Shown here: in pieces, positions 17,457-26,673 of the stretch
How the letters are laid out: each line of letters opens with the position of its first letter
Numbering within the stretch: the stretch's first letter is position 1
Source of the DNA: Candidatus Micrarchaeota archaeon
Lineage (GTDB): Archaea; Micrarchaeota; Micrarchaeia; Norongarragalinales; SBBD01
Assembly (NCBI GenBank): GCA_041305345.1
Contig: JBFYLP010000002.1
Span: 151,480 to 215,479, forward strand
DNA length: 64,000 bases
Reading direction: 5' to 3'
Made by a program: the position numbers and the translations under genes
The notes under the pieces: model-generated
Database searches by the model: none
What the model was told of the DNA's origin: nothing
Seen by the model: the letters and a program-made list of their open reading frames with translations, nothing else

Positions 17457-18587
17457 CTAGAGTTTGAACACGTAATCCATGTCGCCGTATTTTTCGAGCA
17501 GTTTTTCAAGGCCAATCCGCCTGCCGGTGCCAAGCCCGATTTCGGAAAGCCAATTGGGCATCAGGCGGTATAGACGGTGGAGGAGGTAGTGCAATTTCAG
17601 GGTTTCGCCGTGCTGCGACCTCCAGGCGGTTTCGTAATCAGGAAGCGTACCCTTAAGCAGAAAATTCGCAGCTTCCCTTGCCGCGACTTTCGCGCATTTC
17701 GCACCGAAATTAACTCCCCCGCCGCTCGTTGCCTTAACCTGGCCGGCTGCATCCCCCGCAAGGAATGCATAAGAGTCCCCAAAGCGTTTCTGAGTTACAT
17801 TTCGGGCCTTAAGGGGGATCATGTGGTAGAATTCAAATGTCTTTTGGCCGTGTTCCAGGATAGGAGCCAGATTGGCATCGAGGAAGGCGGCTTTCCTTGC
17901 AGCCTCGATCCCTTGGATGTCGCTTGTTGCAACACCGATCCTTATTTTTTCCTCTGAAAGGGGAATGGTCCACGCGAAAAAATTGCGGTATTTTTTATTG
18001 TCCAGAATCAGATCGACAACATCCTTCTCCGGCACATCGGCCTTCGTGAATTCCGCCTGGTAGGCGATCACGCAGTCGGATAGCTTGATCGAAGGAAAGC
18101 CAAGTTTCCTGGCGGTTATTGAGGAGTTGCCATCGCAGCCGACCAGCACTTTCGTTGAAAAAAGAGCGCCGTCGGTTGAGATTGCTGAGATTTTCCCATT
18201 CGTCTTAAAATCCCCAATCCGGGTATTCAAATGGAGGTTAACACCCTCGGAAACCGCCTCGTCGGCAGCACGTTCATCAAATGACTGCCTGGAAAGGACA
18301 ACCGCCTGCACTTCACTGCGCCTAACACGAAGCTGCTCGCTTCCAACTATGATCCTTGCGCCACGTATCTCATTCAATATTAAGTCGCGGTAGTTCACGC
18401 CGGTGTAATCCATTCCGTGTTTCGAGAAGATGCCGCCGCATTTTCCGAACTTGCCAACCTTAGAATCCTCCTCGAGCAAATCAACATCGATGCCCCTCCT
18501 GGCAAGCTCCCTCGAGGTAATGCTCCCAACTGCGCTCGCTCCGATGACTACCGCATTATCGCCCATGGCCAATTCGCCTTCAAGCAA
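17457..18587 (-). CDS. geranylgeranyl reductase family FAD-dependent oxidoreductase (digeranylgeranylglycerophospholipid reductase-like)
   Basis: N-terminal Rossmann motif AVVIGASAVGSITSRELARRGIDVDLLEE and overall GGR-family architecture. Likely true start at the internal Met (MGDNAVVIG). Confidence 0.8.
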   Translation of the reverse strand: MLEGELAMGDNAVVIGASAVGSITSRELARRGIDVDLLEEDSKVGKFGKCGGIFSKHGMDYTGVNYRDLILNEIRGARIIVGSEQLRVRRSEVQAVVLSRQSFDERAADEAVSEGVNLHLNTRIGDFKTNGKISAISTDGALFSTKVLVGCDGNSSITARKLGFPSIKLSDCVIAYQAEFTKADVPEKDVVDLILDNKKYRNFFAWTIPLSEEKIRIGVATSDIQGIEAARKAAFLDANLAPILEHGQKTFEFYHMIPLKARNVTQKRFGDSYAFLAGDAAGQVKATSGGGVNFGAKCAKVAAREAANFLLKGTLPDYETAWRSQHGETLKLHYLLHRLYRLMPNWLSEIGLGTGRRIGLEKLLEKYGDMDYVFKL

Positions 18588-18650
18588 ATCAATAAGTTTA
18601 AAATACTCGATATGCTATTGGTAGTAAATTGGCTATCCAGGGTTAAAAAT

Positions 18651-18941
18651 ATGGCGGATTTAATTTCGGGTTTGCAGCTGATCGTAGGGTTGGCACTTTT
18701 CCTCGCATCGGGGTATTTCATTTCCCTCGTGTTCTTCAGGAAGGATGAAGCGGACCTCATTGAGCGGGCGCTTTACAGCCTGACATTTTCCATATCCATT
18801 CCGGGCCTTGTAATTTTCTTCCTGAATTTCATCTTCAGGATGCCAATCAATGCGCTTACAACCTATGTGGTATTCATCCTGCTAATAGTCGCAAGTTATG
18901 CCTACGGCCAAAAGAACGCCGGTGCAAGGCGCAAGGGCTAA
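18651..18941 (+). CDS. small membrane protein (3 TM)
   Basis: Start placed at MADLISGLQ (ATG 18651) to avoid antisense overlap with the reductase gene. Hydrophobic 96-aa product. Confidence 0.35.
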   Translation: MADLISGLQLIVGLALFLASGYFISLVFFRKDEADLIERALYSLTFSISIPGLVIFFLNFIFRMPINALTTYVVFILLIVASYAYGQKNAGARRKG

Positions 18942-18945
18942 ACCA

Positions 18946-19857
18946 ATGAGAATCGGATCATTCCTGATGCTGATGTCGTTCATTAACGTGCAATTGCTAG
19001 CCATAGTTGTTGGCTGGCTATTCATCATTGCAGGCCTTACCGTAACCGAGGATCCTAGCGACGTTGGGAATTCAGCCGTGTTCATGTTTTCCATCCTTGC
19101 TGCTGCGGTTGTTATTTACTATGTGCTGAAATACTACAAGGGCAAATTGCTGTTTTACCTTTTGGAATTGGGCCTCATCTTCACCGCGTTCACCCTGTTT
19201 TGCGGGATATTCCCATTCCAAGAGATCGCTTTTGGCACTGATGGAATGAAATTTCTGCTCGAATGCGGCAAGGGTCTTTTCTGCATCAACATCCCCCTCA
19301 TAATCGGATTGGCTGCGGTCGTCCTGCGCGTATTCTTCTCCTCCTACCGCAACATTTTCCTGATGTTTGCAACCGCAATCGTGGGCGCTCTGCTCGGGGC
19401 GTCATTGGACGTGATGCCAGCGGCTCTGCTCGCGATGGGACTGGCTGTTTATGACGTAATCGCGGTTTTCTACACGAAGCATATGGTAACTCTTGCAAAG
19501 GAGCTTGGGGAAAGGGAAGCTGGGTTTAGCATCGTGTTTCCCTCAGACTACAAGAGCAAGGTTGTGGTGCCGAGGGGGAAGGAGAAGAAGTTCAGGCAAT
19601 TCTATAAGAAGGTGCAGATGGAAGCGGTCGAGCTCGGAACGGGCGATCTGGCAATTCCCGCGATGCTGGCGGTTTCCGCATTGAAAATATCTTTCTGGCA
19701 CGGGATGGCTGCAATGCTTGGGGGAACCATTGGCATTTCGCTGCTTTTCTATTTCATCGAGAAGAAGAAGGGATTTTGGCCCGCGCTGCCGCCAATTGTC
19801 TTCTTTGCGCTGCTGCTCCTGCTGATTTACAACTACCTGCCCTTCAGGCTTCCTTAA
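18946..19857 (+). CDS. presenilin/signal-peptide-peptidase-like intramembrane aspartyl protease (A22 family)
   Basis: Polytopic. Motifs in canonical order: YD (LAVYDVIAVF), GxGD (LGTGDLAIPAML), PAL (FWPALPPIVFF). Confidence 0.6.
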   Translation: MRIGSFLMLMSFINVQLLAIVVGWLFIIAGLTVTEDPSDVGNSAVFMFSILAAAVVIYYVLKYYKGKLLFYLLELGLIFTAFTLFCGIFPFQEIAFGTDGMKFLLECGKGLFCINIPLIIGLAAVVLRVFFSSYRNIFLMFATAIVGALLGASLDVMPAALLAMGLAVYDVIAVFYTKHMVTLAKELGEREAGFSIVFPSDYKSKVVVPRGKEKKFRQFYKKVQMEAVELGTGDLAIPAMLAVSALKISFWHGMAAMLGGTIGISLLFYFIEKKKGFWPALPPIVFFALLLLLIYNYLPFRLP

Positions 19858-19951
19858 AAAAAATGGGGAAAGTTGGCGGACGTAATCGTATGCATAAAGC
19901 TACAAATCGCACTAGTTTGGCAATTTAGGATTTGCACTTAAAAAAAGGGTT

Positions 19952-20767
19952 TCATTCTCTTGCCTTTTTGAATGCAATGCCCATATTGTCCGCCAGATCG
20001 TCCGCATCGTAGGAGGCCCCGCGCTCTTTTTTCAGCAGGTCGCCCGTAAACCCGTTAAGGAAGGCTGCTGCCCTTGCTGCAAGGAAGAGGTTGTTCTTGC
20101 AAGCTAGCGCCGCGGTGAGGCCAGCAAGGGTATCGCCAGTGCCGCCCTTGGTCATCCCCTCATTTCCGGAGGAATTTAAAAATACTGCCTTGCCATCGGA
20201 GATCAAATCGCCCTCCGGATGCTTGAATAGGATCACGCAATTGTATTTCCTGGCCATCGCAAGGACTGAATGGGGGTTGCCGTGCTTTCCGAAGAGGGAA
20301 TAGAATTCTATGACGTGCGGGGTTATGCAAACGTTCCAATTCAGGTGCTTTTTATCGAGGAGGTGGAGGGCGCCCGCATCAAGCACGAATTTCCGATGCC
20401 TGCCATGTTTTTTCAGAAGTGAGTTGAGCAGCCTCCTGTTTTCCGGCGTCAATTCGAGCCCATTCCCGATGAGGACGCAGTTGGAGCTGCTGATGTGCGA
20501 TTCCAATTCCTTCCTTTCGATCGCAATGAAGGTGCACTTGCCTGCCTTGAGGAATTGGAGCAGCTTGAGGTTGTTTTTCTCAGGTGAATGGAAATAAACG
20601 AGGTCTGCAAAGCGGGATGCGGCCTTGATTGCAAGAAGGGGGGCGCCGTGGTATTTTTTCGAGCCGCCGATGACAGTGAGTACCCCGTTTTGGCCCTTGT
20701 GCGACCCCTCCTGCGGGACGTAGAGCTTCCCAAGGATGTTGGCCGCGACGTTTTCGGTTTTCATCAT
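19952..20767 (-). CDS. ADP-dependent NAD(P)H-hydrate dehydratase (YjeF C-terminal/carbohydrate-kinase-like)
   Basis: Motifs GSHKGQNGVLTVIGGSKKYHGAPLLA and GGTGDTLAGLTAALA. Confidence 0.85.
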   Translation of the reverse strand: MMKTENVAANILGKLYVPQEGSHKGQNGVLTVIGGSKKYHGAPLLAIKAASRFADLVYFHSPEKNNLKLLQFLKAGKCTFIAIERKELESHISSSNCVLIGNGLELTPENRRLLNSLLKKHGRHRKFVLDAGALHLLDKKHLNWNVCITPHVIEFYSLFGKHGNPHSVLAMARKYNCVILFKHPEGDLISDGKAVFLNSSGNEGMTKGGTGDTLAGLTAALACKNNLFLAARAAAFLNGFTGDLLKKERGASYDADDLADNMGIAFKKARE

Positions 20768-20954
20768 TATTGGAACGATTAGGCGGTTAATTAATTTGCC
20801 GTTTTATCGGGCATATGGAAAGAATAATCAGGCATTGAATCAGCAGCAGCCGCAGCATCCTGCGTGCTTCTTGCCCTTCTTTTGCTTCTTTTCAGCAGCT
20901 TTTTTCTTCATTTTTTTCACCTCCTCAGATCATTGCTTAATTTGATTGTGATCG

Positions 20955-21701
20955 CTACCAGGGCTCAACGTGGATCATTTCGGGCAAAAAACCAACCTGG
21001 GGAAGAATCGCTTTTACATCATCCACCATTTTCGGGTTGCCGCATATGAAAACGTCCGTTTCGAAGGGCGCTTCAAATTGGTATGTTGGGAAGAAATCGT
21101 GGAAAATGGAAACCCTTCCGCCCCAGTCATCACGGCCCACATCGGTAATGGTTGGCTCCAGCTTGAAATTGGGGAATTTCCCCGCCCATTCCTCAAGTTC
21201 CTCCCGGAAAAGGTAAACATCGGGGTTCTTGAATCCGAAAAACAATGAGATTGGAATTTTTGAGCCATCATTGAGAAGTGCACGTATGTGGCTGATTAGG
21301 GGCGCTATGCCAGTGCCGGTGCATACGAACATCAGCCTTTTTGGGGAGGGAACCATAGTGAAAACACCAAACGGCCCCCTCACGTTGATGGTTTTTCCGA
21401 TTTGGCAGCATTCCTTCAAATGGTGGGTGAAGCCGGGCGTATCAAGCAGGCGGATCGAGAATTCCAAAATGCCTTTTTGGAAAGGCGCGGATGCGATCGA
21501 ATAGGAAGACCATTTCAGCAGGCCCGGGTTCCCCCTCAAGGGAAAATCATCCAGTGCCAGCTGGCAGAACTGGCCGGGCTTGTATGGGAAATCAATGCCC
21601 TCGGGGATTTTGAGCACGTATATGCGCGAATGGGGTTCGGGCGATGCGCCCTTGTCCACGTAGGTCCGAATTGACTGCACCTGCGCCTTGAATTCGAGCA
21701 T
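20955..21701 (-). CDS. FNR-like FAD/NAD(P)-binding oxidoreductase (hydrogenase gamma-subunit-like / ferredoxin-NADP reductase family), lacks C-terminal Fe-S Cys cluster
   Basis: FAD-binding beta-barrel RIYVLKIPEGIDFPYKPGQFCQLAL and NAD(P)-binding MFVCTGTGIAPL. Start taken at MLEFKAQV (ATG 21701). Confidence 0.6.
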   Translation of the reverse strand: MLEFKAQVQSIRTYVDKGASPEPHSRIYVLKIPEGIDFPYKPGQFCQLALDDFPLRGNPGLLKWSSYSIASAPFQKGILEFSIRLLDTPGFTHHLKECCQIGKTINVRGPFGVFTMVPSPKRLMFVCTGTGIAPLISHIRALLNDGSKIPISLFFGFKNPDVYLFREELEEWAGKFPNFKLEPTITDVGRDDWGGRVSIFHDFFPTYQFEAPFETDVFICGNPKMVDDVKAILPQVGFLPEMIHVEPW

Positions 21702-21771
21702 GTCTTGATCCCGTTGATTACTCCGCGATCCTTTAAAAAAGATCGTTGGGGTGCATATATCCGGTATTTTG

Positions 21772-22158
21772 GTGAAAATAAAAAAAATCCTCGTATTCGG
21801 CAACCCGCTTGTTCCGGAAGACAGCACGCCCTTACGAATATTGCCAGAGCTGAGGAAGGCATTTCCTGATTTGGAGTTCAAGGAGCTCGATGCTGCGGAA
21901 CAAGTTGAGGACGAGGGGAGGGAATTGGCAATAATAGATTCGGTTTCCGGAATTGGGAAAATCGAGATGATCGAGGATTTGGATTCGATAAGGATGCAGA
22001 AAATCTACACGATGCACGACTTTGATTTGGGGATCACATTGAAGCTGCTAAAGAGGATGGGAAAAATCGACTCAGTGCTGATATTTGGGGTTCCGCTGAA
22101 ATATCCGGCGAGGAAGGCTCTTGCCGAATTGCAGGAAATCATCTCCCGACATACCTGA
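21772..22158 (+). CDS. [NiFe]-hydrogenase maturation endopeptidase (HycI/HyaD/FrhD-like)
   Basis: KILVFGNPLVPEDSTPLRILPEL...IDSVSGIGKIEMIEDL...YTMHDFDLGITLKLL fits the maturation-protease pattern with conserved Glu, Asp and His. TATA-like TTTAAAAAAG sits ~30 nt upstream of a GTG start at 21772. The ORF table starts at 21751. Confidence 0.6.
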   Translation: MKIKKILVFGNPLVPEDSTPLRILPELRKAFPDLEFKELDAAEQVEDEGRELAIIDSVSGIGKIEMIEDLDSIRMQKIYTMHDFDLGITLKLLKRMGKIDSVLIFGVPLKYPARKALAELQEIISRHT

Positions 22159-22885
22159 TTTCCTGGCCGTCAATTTTCTGCGCAAAAATGCCTCCCGAAC
22201 GCCTCATAGGTTCAGAAGGCGGCCTTATGAAGGAAACCCGGAGGAGGCGGTAGGCGATGAGGAGAATTATCAGCCCGAGGGCGATGTAAACGTAATTCAA
22301 TTCCCTTGAAACCACCCGGATGGCTCCCTGGCCTTCGAGAAGGGAGAGCACATCGAAGTACGCGCGGTTTCCACGGATCTCGCCGCCTTCTGCCTCGATG
22401 ATTTCGCCGGGCATCTCAACGACATAGGTCATTTTGACGCCCGAACTCCTCATTCTTGCCGATATCATTGATAGCGCTGGGTCGTCAAACCTGCGGTTCT
22501 GGCCGAATTGTGACGTGACAGATGATGAGCTTTGCATGCCGCTCGAGTTGAAATCCGGGAAATGGGAGATATCGGCCTCATACCTTGCGATTGGAAAACC
22601 GTTGTCGCTGCGGAAAGAATAGGAATTCTCGCCTGGAAGGAAATTTGCGCCGATTTTGAGAATACCTTTCTCGAATGAGCAGCTAATTCCGGGCGCAACC
22701 TCATCGCACGCCTCCTGAAGTTCCCTCTGGTCGATGGAGCCTGCTGTTTTTGAGAGCAAAGTGGTGTTCACTTCCTGGATGATGTATGATGAGCCGCTGC
22801 GGTCGAAAGTTTGCGTGTATTTCACGTCAACGCAGCCGGTTAGGAGCAGCAAAAGCAGAAGCAAAGCCGCAAGCTGGGAGTTCAT
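22139..22885 (-). CDS. lipoprotein-like secreted protein with C-terminal TM anchor
   Basis: Signal/lipobox LAALLLLLLLLTGC, Ser-rich region, C-terminal TM YVYIALGLIILLIAYRLL. Confidence 0.4.
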   Translation of the reverse strand: MNSQLAALLLLLLLLTGCVDVKYTQTFDRSGSSYIIQEVNTTLLSKTAGSIDQRELQEACDEVAPGISCSFEKGILKIGANFLPGENSYSFRSDNGFPIARYEADISHFPDFNSSGMQSSSSVTSQFGQNRRFDDPALSMISARMRSSGVKMTYVVEMPGEIIEAEGGEIRGNRAYFDVLSLLEGQGAIRVVSRELNYVYIALGLIILLIAYRLLRVSFIRPPSEPMRRSGGIFAQKIDGQEIRYVGR

Positions 22886-22956
22886 GCATAAGAAAAATCG
22901 GGGCGTAATTTAAATGTTCGCTTGCGAGGGATCGGCAATTCGGCCGGTAAAAAAAA

Positions 22957-24234
22957 TCATTTCCACTTGACCTTGAGGAAATGCGTCGCGCAGCTCATGC
23001 AGGGATCGTATGCGCGGATGAGCTTTTCGATCTCGAATTCGATCTCCTCCCGGGGCTTGTGAAGATTCTGTTCCACGAGCTGCTTGATGTCAAAGCCCAT
23101 ATTGACCTGGTTCTGGGCTGTTGGGATCACGAGCTCAACTTCCCGGATTTTTCCGTACTCATCGACATCCACGTGGTAATAAAGCGTGCCCCGCGGCGCC
23201 TCGATTGCAGCAACGCCAACACCCGCCTGGGGTTTTACCTGCACGGGGGACTCCGGCTTGAAATCCGTCGTTTCCAAAAGCTCAACTGCGTGGTCTATGC
23301 CGTGCAATGTTTCTATTGCCTGCGCCAAATTGTTCTTGTACACATCGTTTGTTGGAAAGAGGGAAATGAAGCCTGCCGCATCCCTTTTCGTATCCTTATG
23401 CAAGGAATTCTTCTTCAGATTCATTCTTGGAAGGGAGCCCACCATATACTCCTTCCCGCGGAATTGGAAGCCAACCGATGTGGAATACGGGATAACTACC
23501 CTTTGGAGGTGCCATAAATAATGCGATTTTTGGACTGGAATGCCCTCGGAGTTGATGATCTCATCGCCCAGGTAGCTGAAATCGGAATTGCCCGAGGACA
23601 CGTACCGGGTGTCCCGCTTCAATGAGAAATCGCAGTCCTTGTAGATCTGCATAAGGTCGAAAAGATGCTCCCTTGCGGCTTTCAATTCCAAAATCACCTG
23701 CCGGGTTTTTTCCTTATCCGGGATCTGGGCGTGGCCCCCGACGATGGGGAAGGGCGCGTGAACCGCCTTTCCGGCAACGACCTTGCTTAGGTTGTTCCCA
23801 GCTGCCTTCACCTGGAACGCCTGGTCCACAAGGTCGTGGTGGTCTTCGACGAAATCAAGAATGGAATCCTTCTTGAAGACGTCCGGAAGTGAAAAGAGAT
23901 AGAGATGCATTGCGTGGTCCCGTACATACATCCCATAGGCGGTAAGTTTCCGCAATATGCGTGTTTGCTCCGAGGGGACGACCTTCAGCGCATCCTCCAC
24001 GGCCTCGACGCAGCATAGGAGGTGTGCAATGCTGCAAGTGCCGCATATCCGAGAAACGAGCTGGGGGACGTTCAATGCGGGCTTCCCCCGAACAGCCTGC
24101 GAATAGAAGCGCTTGTTCTCCGTGATCTTGAGCTCCACATCCTCGACTTCGTCATTTCGAACTTTCAGGCTTAGCGCTGCGTGGCCCTCTATCTTGCTTA
24201 TCGCCTCCAGATTGATGTCGAAATCCTGGTGCAT
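22957..24234 (-). CDS. [NiFe]-hydrogenase large subunit (group 3-like cytoplasmic type)
   Basis: N-terminal RICGTCSIAH and C-terminal DPCMSCATH nickel-binding CxxC motifs. 425 aa. Confidence 0.85.
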   Translation of the reverse strand: MHQDFDINLEAISKIEGHAALSLKVRNDEVEDVELKITENKRFYSQAVRGKPALNVPQLVSRICGTCSIAHLLCCVEAVEDALKVVPSEQTRILRKLTAYGMYVRDHAMHLYLFSLPDVFKKDSILDFVEDHHDLVDQAFQVKAAGNNLSKVVAGKAVHAPFPIVGGHAQIPDKEKTRQVILELKAAREHLFDLMQIYKDCDFSLKRDTRYVSSGNSDFSYLGDEIINSEGIPVQKSHYLWHLQRVVIPYSTSVGFQFRGKEYMVGSLPRMNLKKNSLHKDTKRDAAGFISLFPTNDVYKNNLAQAIETLHGIDHAVELLETTDFKPESPVQVKPQAGVGVAAIEAPRGTLYYHVDVDEYGKIREVELVIPTAQNQVNMGFDIKQLVEQNLHKPREEIEFEIEKLIRAYDPCMSCATHFLKVKWK

Positions 24235-24297
24235 GCAATCACATCCTTTTTTTATGCCAGCTTTCCTGCACGATAAATTGGGTTGTAAAAACCCGCC

Positions 24298-24783
24298 TCA
24301 TTTGCCCGTAATCCCAAATTCAGCCAAGTACTTGTTCAGCACCTGCAGGAACCTTTCCTCATCCATTGGGCAGCCCGGAACCTGGTCATCAACAGGAATG
24401 ACCTGCGGGATGGAAAGAACCTTCTCAAGCAGGTGGAATTTGTCGACGAGGAATTGCACCTCCTTCCTGGTCTCGTCATTGAAGAAGTTGCGCTGGCCTG
24501 CTGGAAGCCCCGAGCAGGCACAGCTGCCAATCGTGACCACTTTTTTGGAGTTCGCGCGTATTTCAAGCACCTTCTGCTTGTCCTTTTCCGTTGAAACCGC
24601 ACCCTCTATGAATGCAACGTCGATATCCGAAAGCTCGTTCTTGTTCTTAAGGATGCGCGCGTACCGAAAATCGATCAGCTGCGACCATTCCTTGTAATGA
24701 TCGTTCATCATCTCGACGAGAATTATGGATGAATCCTCGCAGCAGCTAAAGGAGAAAAGCCCGACTTTCAATTTATTCGCCAT
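24298..24783 (-). CDS. [NiFe]-hydrogenase small subunit (short, group 3/4 type; NuoB-like fold)
   Basis: 161 aa with proximal-cluster Cys pattern FSFSCCEDS...GSCACSGLPAG...VPGCP. Confidence 0.75.
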   Translation of the reverse strand: MANKLKVGLFSFSCCEDSSIILVEMMNDHYKEWSQLIDFRYARILKNKNELSDIDVAFIEGAVSTEKDKQKVLEIRANSKKVVTIGSCACSGLPAGQRNFFNDETRKEVQFLVDKFHLLEKVLSIPQVIPVDDQVPGCPMDEERFLQVLNKYLAEFGITGK

Positions 24784-24887
24784 TGCGCATTCCCGAAAAA
24801 TATTTTTTGAATTTACATTGGAATCATTTATAGCGCATCCTTTTTAATCGTTGTTGAATTAAGCTTGGGTGGGGGTCCCTGTTTTTA

Positions 24888-25838
24888 GTGGTGGTCATGA
24901 TGAATGAGGACAAAGGAATATTGCTTGCGTTCATAACGGCGCTTGTTAGCGGCATATCGGTTTTCATCAACGGCTTCACGGTTAAGGGGTTCGATCCCGT
25001 TGTCTTCACGGCGCTGAAGGCCGCGTGCGTTGCATTGGCACTGCTATCTGCAGCCGCCCTTGTAGGCAGGGCGAAGGAACTATCGCGCTTATCGGTCAAC
25101 CAGTGGAAATGGCTAGTCGTAATTGGGCTCGTTGGCGGAAGCATCCCATTCCTGCTCTTCTTCCAGGGGCTAAGCCTCATTGCACCACTGAAGGGATCTT
25201 TCCTTTTCCGCCTTCTATTCATTTTTTCCGCGGTATTCGCCTTTTTCGTCCTACGGGAAAAGCCTTCGCGGAAAGCGGCACTCGGAGCGGGAATTGTCCT
25301 TGCGGGCAACGTGCTGCTATTGGGCAATGAAGGGATCTTTCCGTTAGGGATTGGGGAAATGCTTGTTTTGGCTGCAACCGCCATCTGGGCATTCGAATAT
25401 GTGCTCTCCAAATGGGCAATGGAAAATAGGGGAATTGAGCCCCAAATCCTCGCATTCGGAAGGATGTTCTTCGGTGGGGCCGCCATATTCGGCTATGTGG
25501 CAGCTACCGGCAAGCTCGCAGGAATTGCATCGCTCTCTTTAGTCCATTGGCAATGGGTACTAATCACTTCCGCATTCCTCCTCCTGTTTGTGACCAGTTG
25601 GTATGCGGGGCTCAGGCACGCCAAAGCCTCAACTGCAACTGCAATATTGACCCTGGGCGGGCCCATAACAGCCGCCCTGAATTTCCTTTTCCTTGGAAAG
25701 GCGCCCACATTATTCGAAGGCGTGGGGCTCCTCCTGATCACAGCTGGAATTGCTGCAATCGTTGGAATTTCCCAGATCGCAAAACTGCCGGCAACTGCTG
25801 CAATCGAACTTGGGAAATTCCTTAGGAGGGCGGGCTAG
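24888..25838 (+). CDS. EamA/DMT-superfamily transporter
   Basis: 316 aa, 10 TM, duplicated EamA halves. Confidence 0.75.
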   Translation: MVVMMNEDKGILLAFITALVSGISVFINGFTVKGFDPVVFTALKAACVALALLSAAALVGRAKELSRLSVNQWKWLVVIGLVGGSIPFLLFFQGLSLIAPLKGSFLFRLLFIFSAVFAFFVLREKPSRKAALGAGIVLAGNVLLLGNEGIFPLGIGEMLVLAATAIWAFEYVLSKWAMENRGIEPQILAFGRMFFGGAAIFGYVAATGKLAGIASLSLVHWQWVLITSAFLLLFVTSWYAGLRHAKASTATAILTLGGPITAALNFLFLGKAPTLFEGVGLLLITAGIAAIVGISQIAKLPATAAIELGKFLRRAG

Positions 25839-25871
25839 GAGTTGAAGGGTTAATTCATCTAGGGGATCGCA

Positions 25872-26612
25872 GTGGAAGGAGTCGAATTGGCCGCAAGGTT
25901 TGCGAGCGTAACCAATCGTTTGAAATATTGCGGGTCCGCTGAGTTCCAATCGGTGTTTGGCAAATACCTAGCCGATAAGAGCGCGGCAAACACTGGAAGG
26001 CTCAAAGCCGCGATTGGAAAATTCGAGGCGCATTACCCCTATTTGAAGCTCATTGCAAAGGCTAATGGAAGGAAACCGTTTGATTACCCCGTGGTGGAGG
26101 CGCTTTGGCTTGGGAATGGGCTGCTTGAGAAGGTGACGAGGAAGCAAATGCAGCAAATGATATTGGGGGGGCTTACAGGAAAAGGTAAAATGGATTTGGA
26201 AAGGGCAAGGAGGAAGGCGGATGGGATTCCTGAAGGTGCCCTTCCGCATCATTCGTTCCATGTTTATTATATCAGGTTCATTACGGGTAGGGTCGAATGG
26301 AACCTTCGGAACGCGGATAGGTGCAGGGTTCCGTGGGGCTATGTCCGCGAGGTGGACGGCGAAGCTGCATTGGTCGAATATACGCCAATCATCCGCAGGG
26401 ATGGCAACCTGGTTTTCTCCGCGCCAATTGTGAAACGGGTGGCATTGGGCCTTGGCGGGATCGGTTTTGGGAATATGCCAAAGAAAGGGGATACGGTGGC
26501 GTTCCATTGGGATGCAGCGATAAAAAAACTGACGGCAAGGGAGGAAGCGAACCTAAGGAAATATACGCTAATCAATATGGTGGCTTTGAATGAGGGCAGG
26601 AAGGGAATCTGA
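25872..26612 (+). CDS. hypothetical protein
   Basis: 246-aa ORF with good coding appearance and no recognisable motif. Confidence 0.35.
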   Translation: MEGVELAARFASVTNRLKYCGSAEFQSVFGKYLADKSAANTGRLKAAIGKFEAHYPYLKLIAKANGRKPFDYPVVEALWLGNGLLEKVTRKQMQQMILGGLTGKGKMDLERARRKADGIPEGALPHHSFHVYYIRFITGRVEWNLRNADRCRVPWGYVREVDGEAALVEYTPIIRRDGNLVFSAPIVKRVALGLGGIGFGNMPKKGDTVAFHWDAAIKKLTAREEANLRKYTLINMVALNEGRKGI

Positions 26613-26673
26613 GAAACATTATGCCGACCGTGTTCATTAAACCTTAACCTATTAATAGGGGGAAAGGTAAAGA

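Noticed and set aside
18417-18650. 5' extension of ORF 18417..18941 and possible fusion with 18898..19857 into one presenilin-like gene
   Set aside because: The extension is antisense to the geranylgeranyl reductase gene. The two ORFs are in different frames with a clean stop and a Met 4 nt later. Start at 18651 preferred. Treated as two genes.
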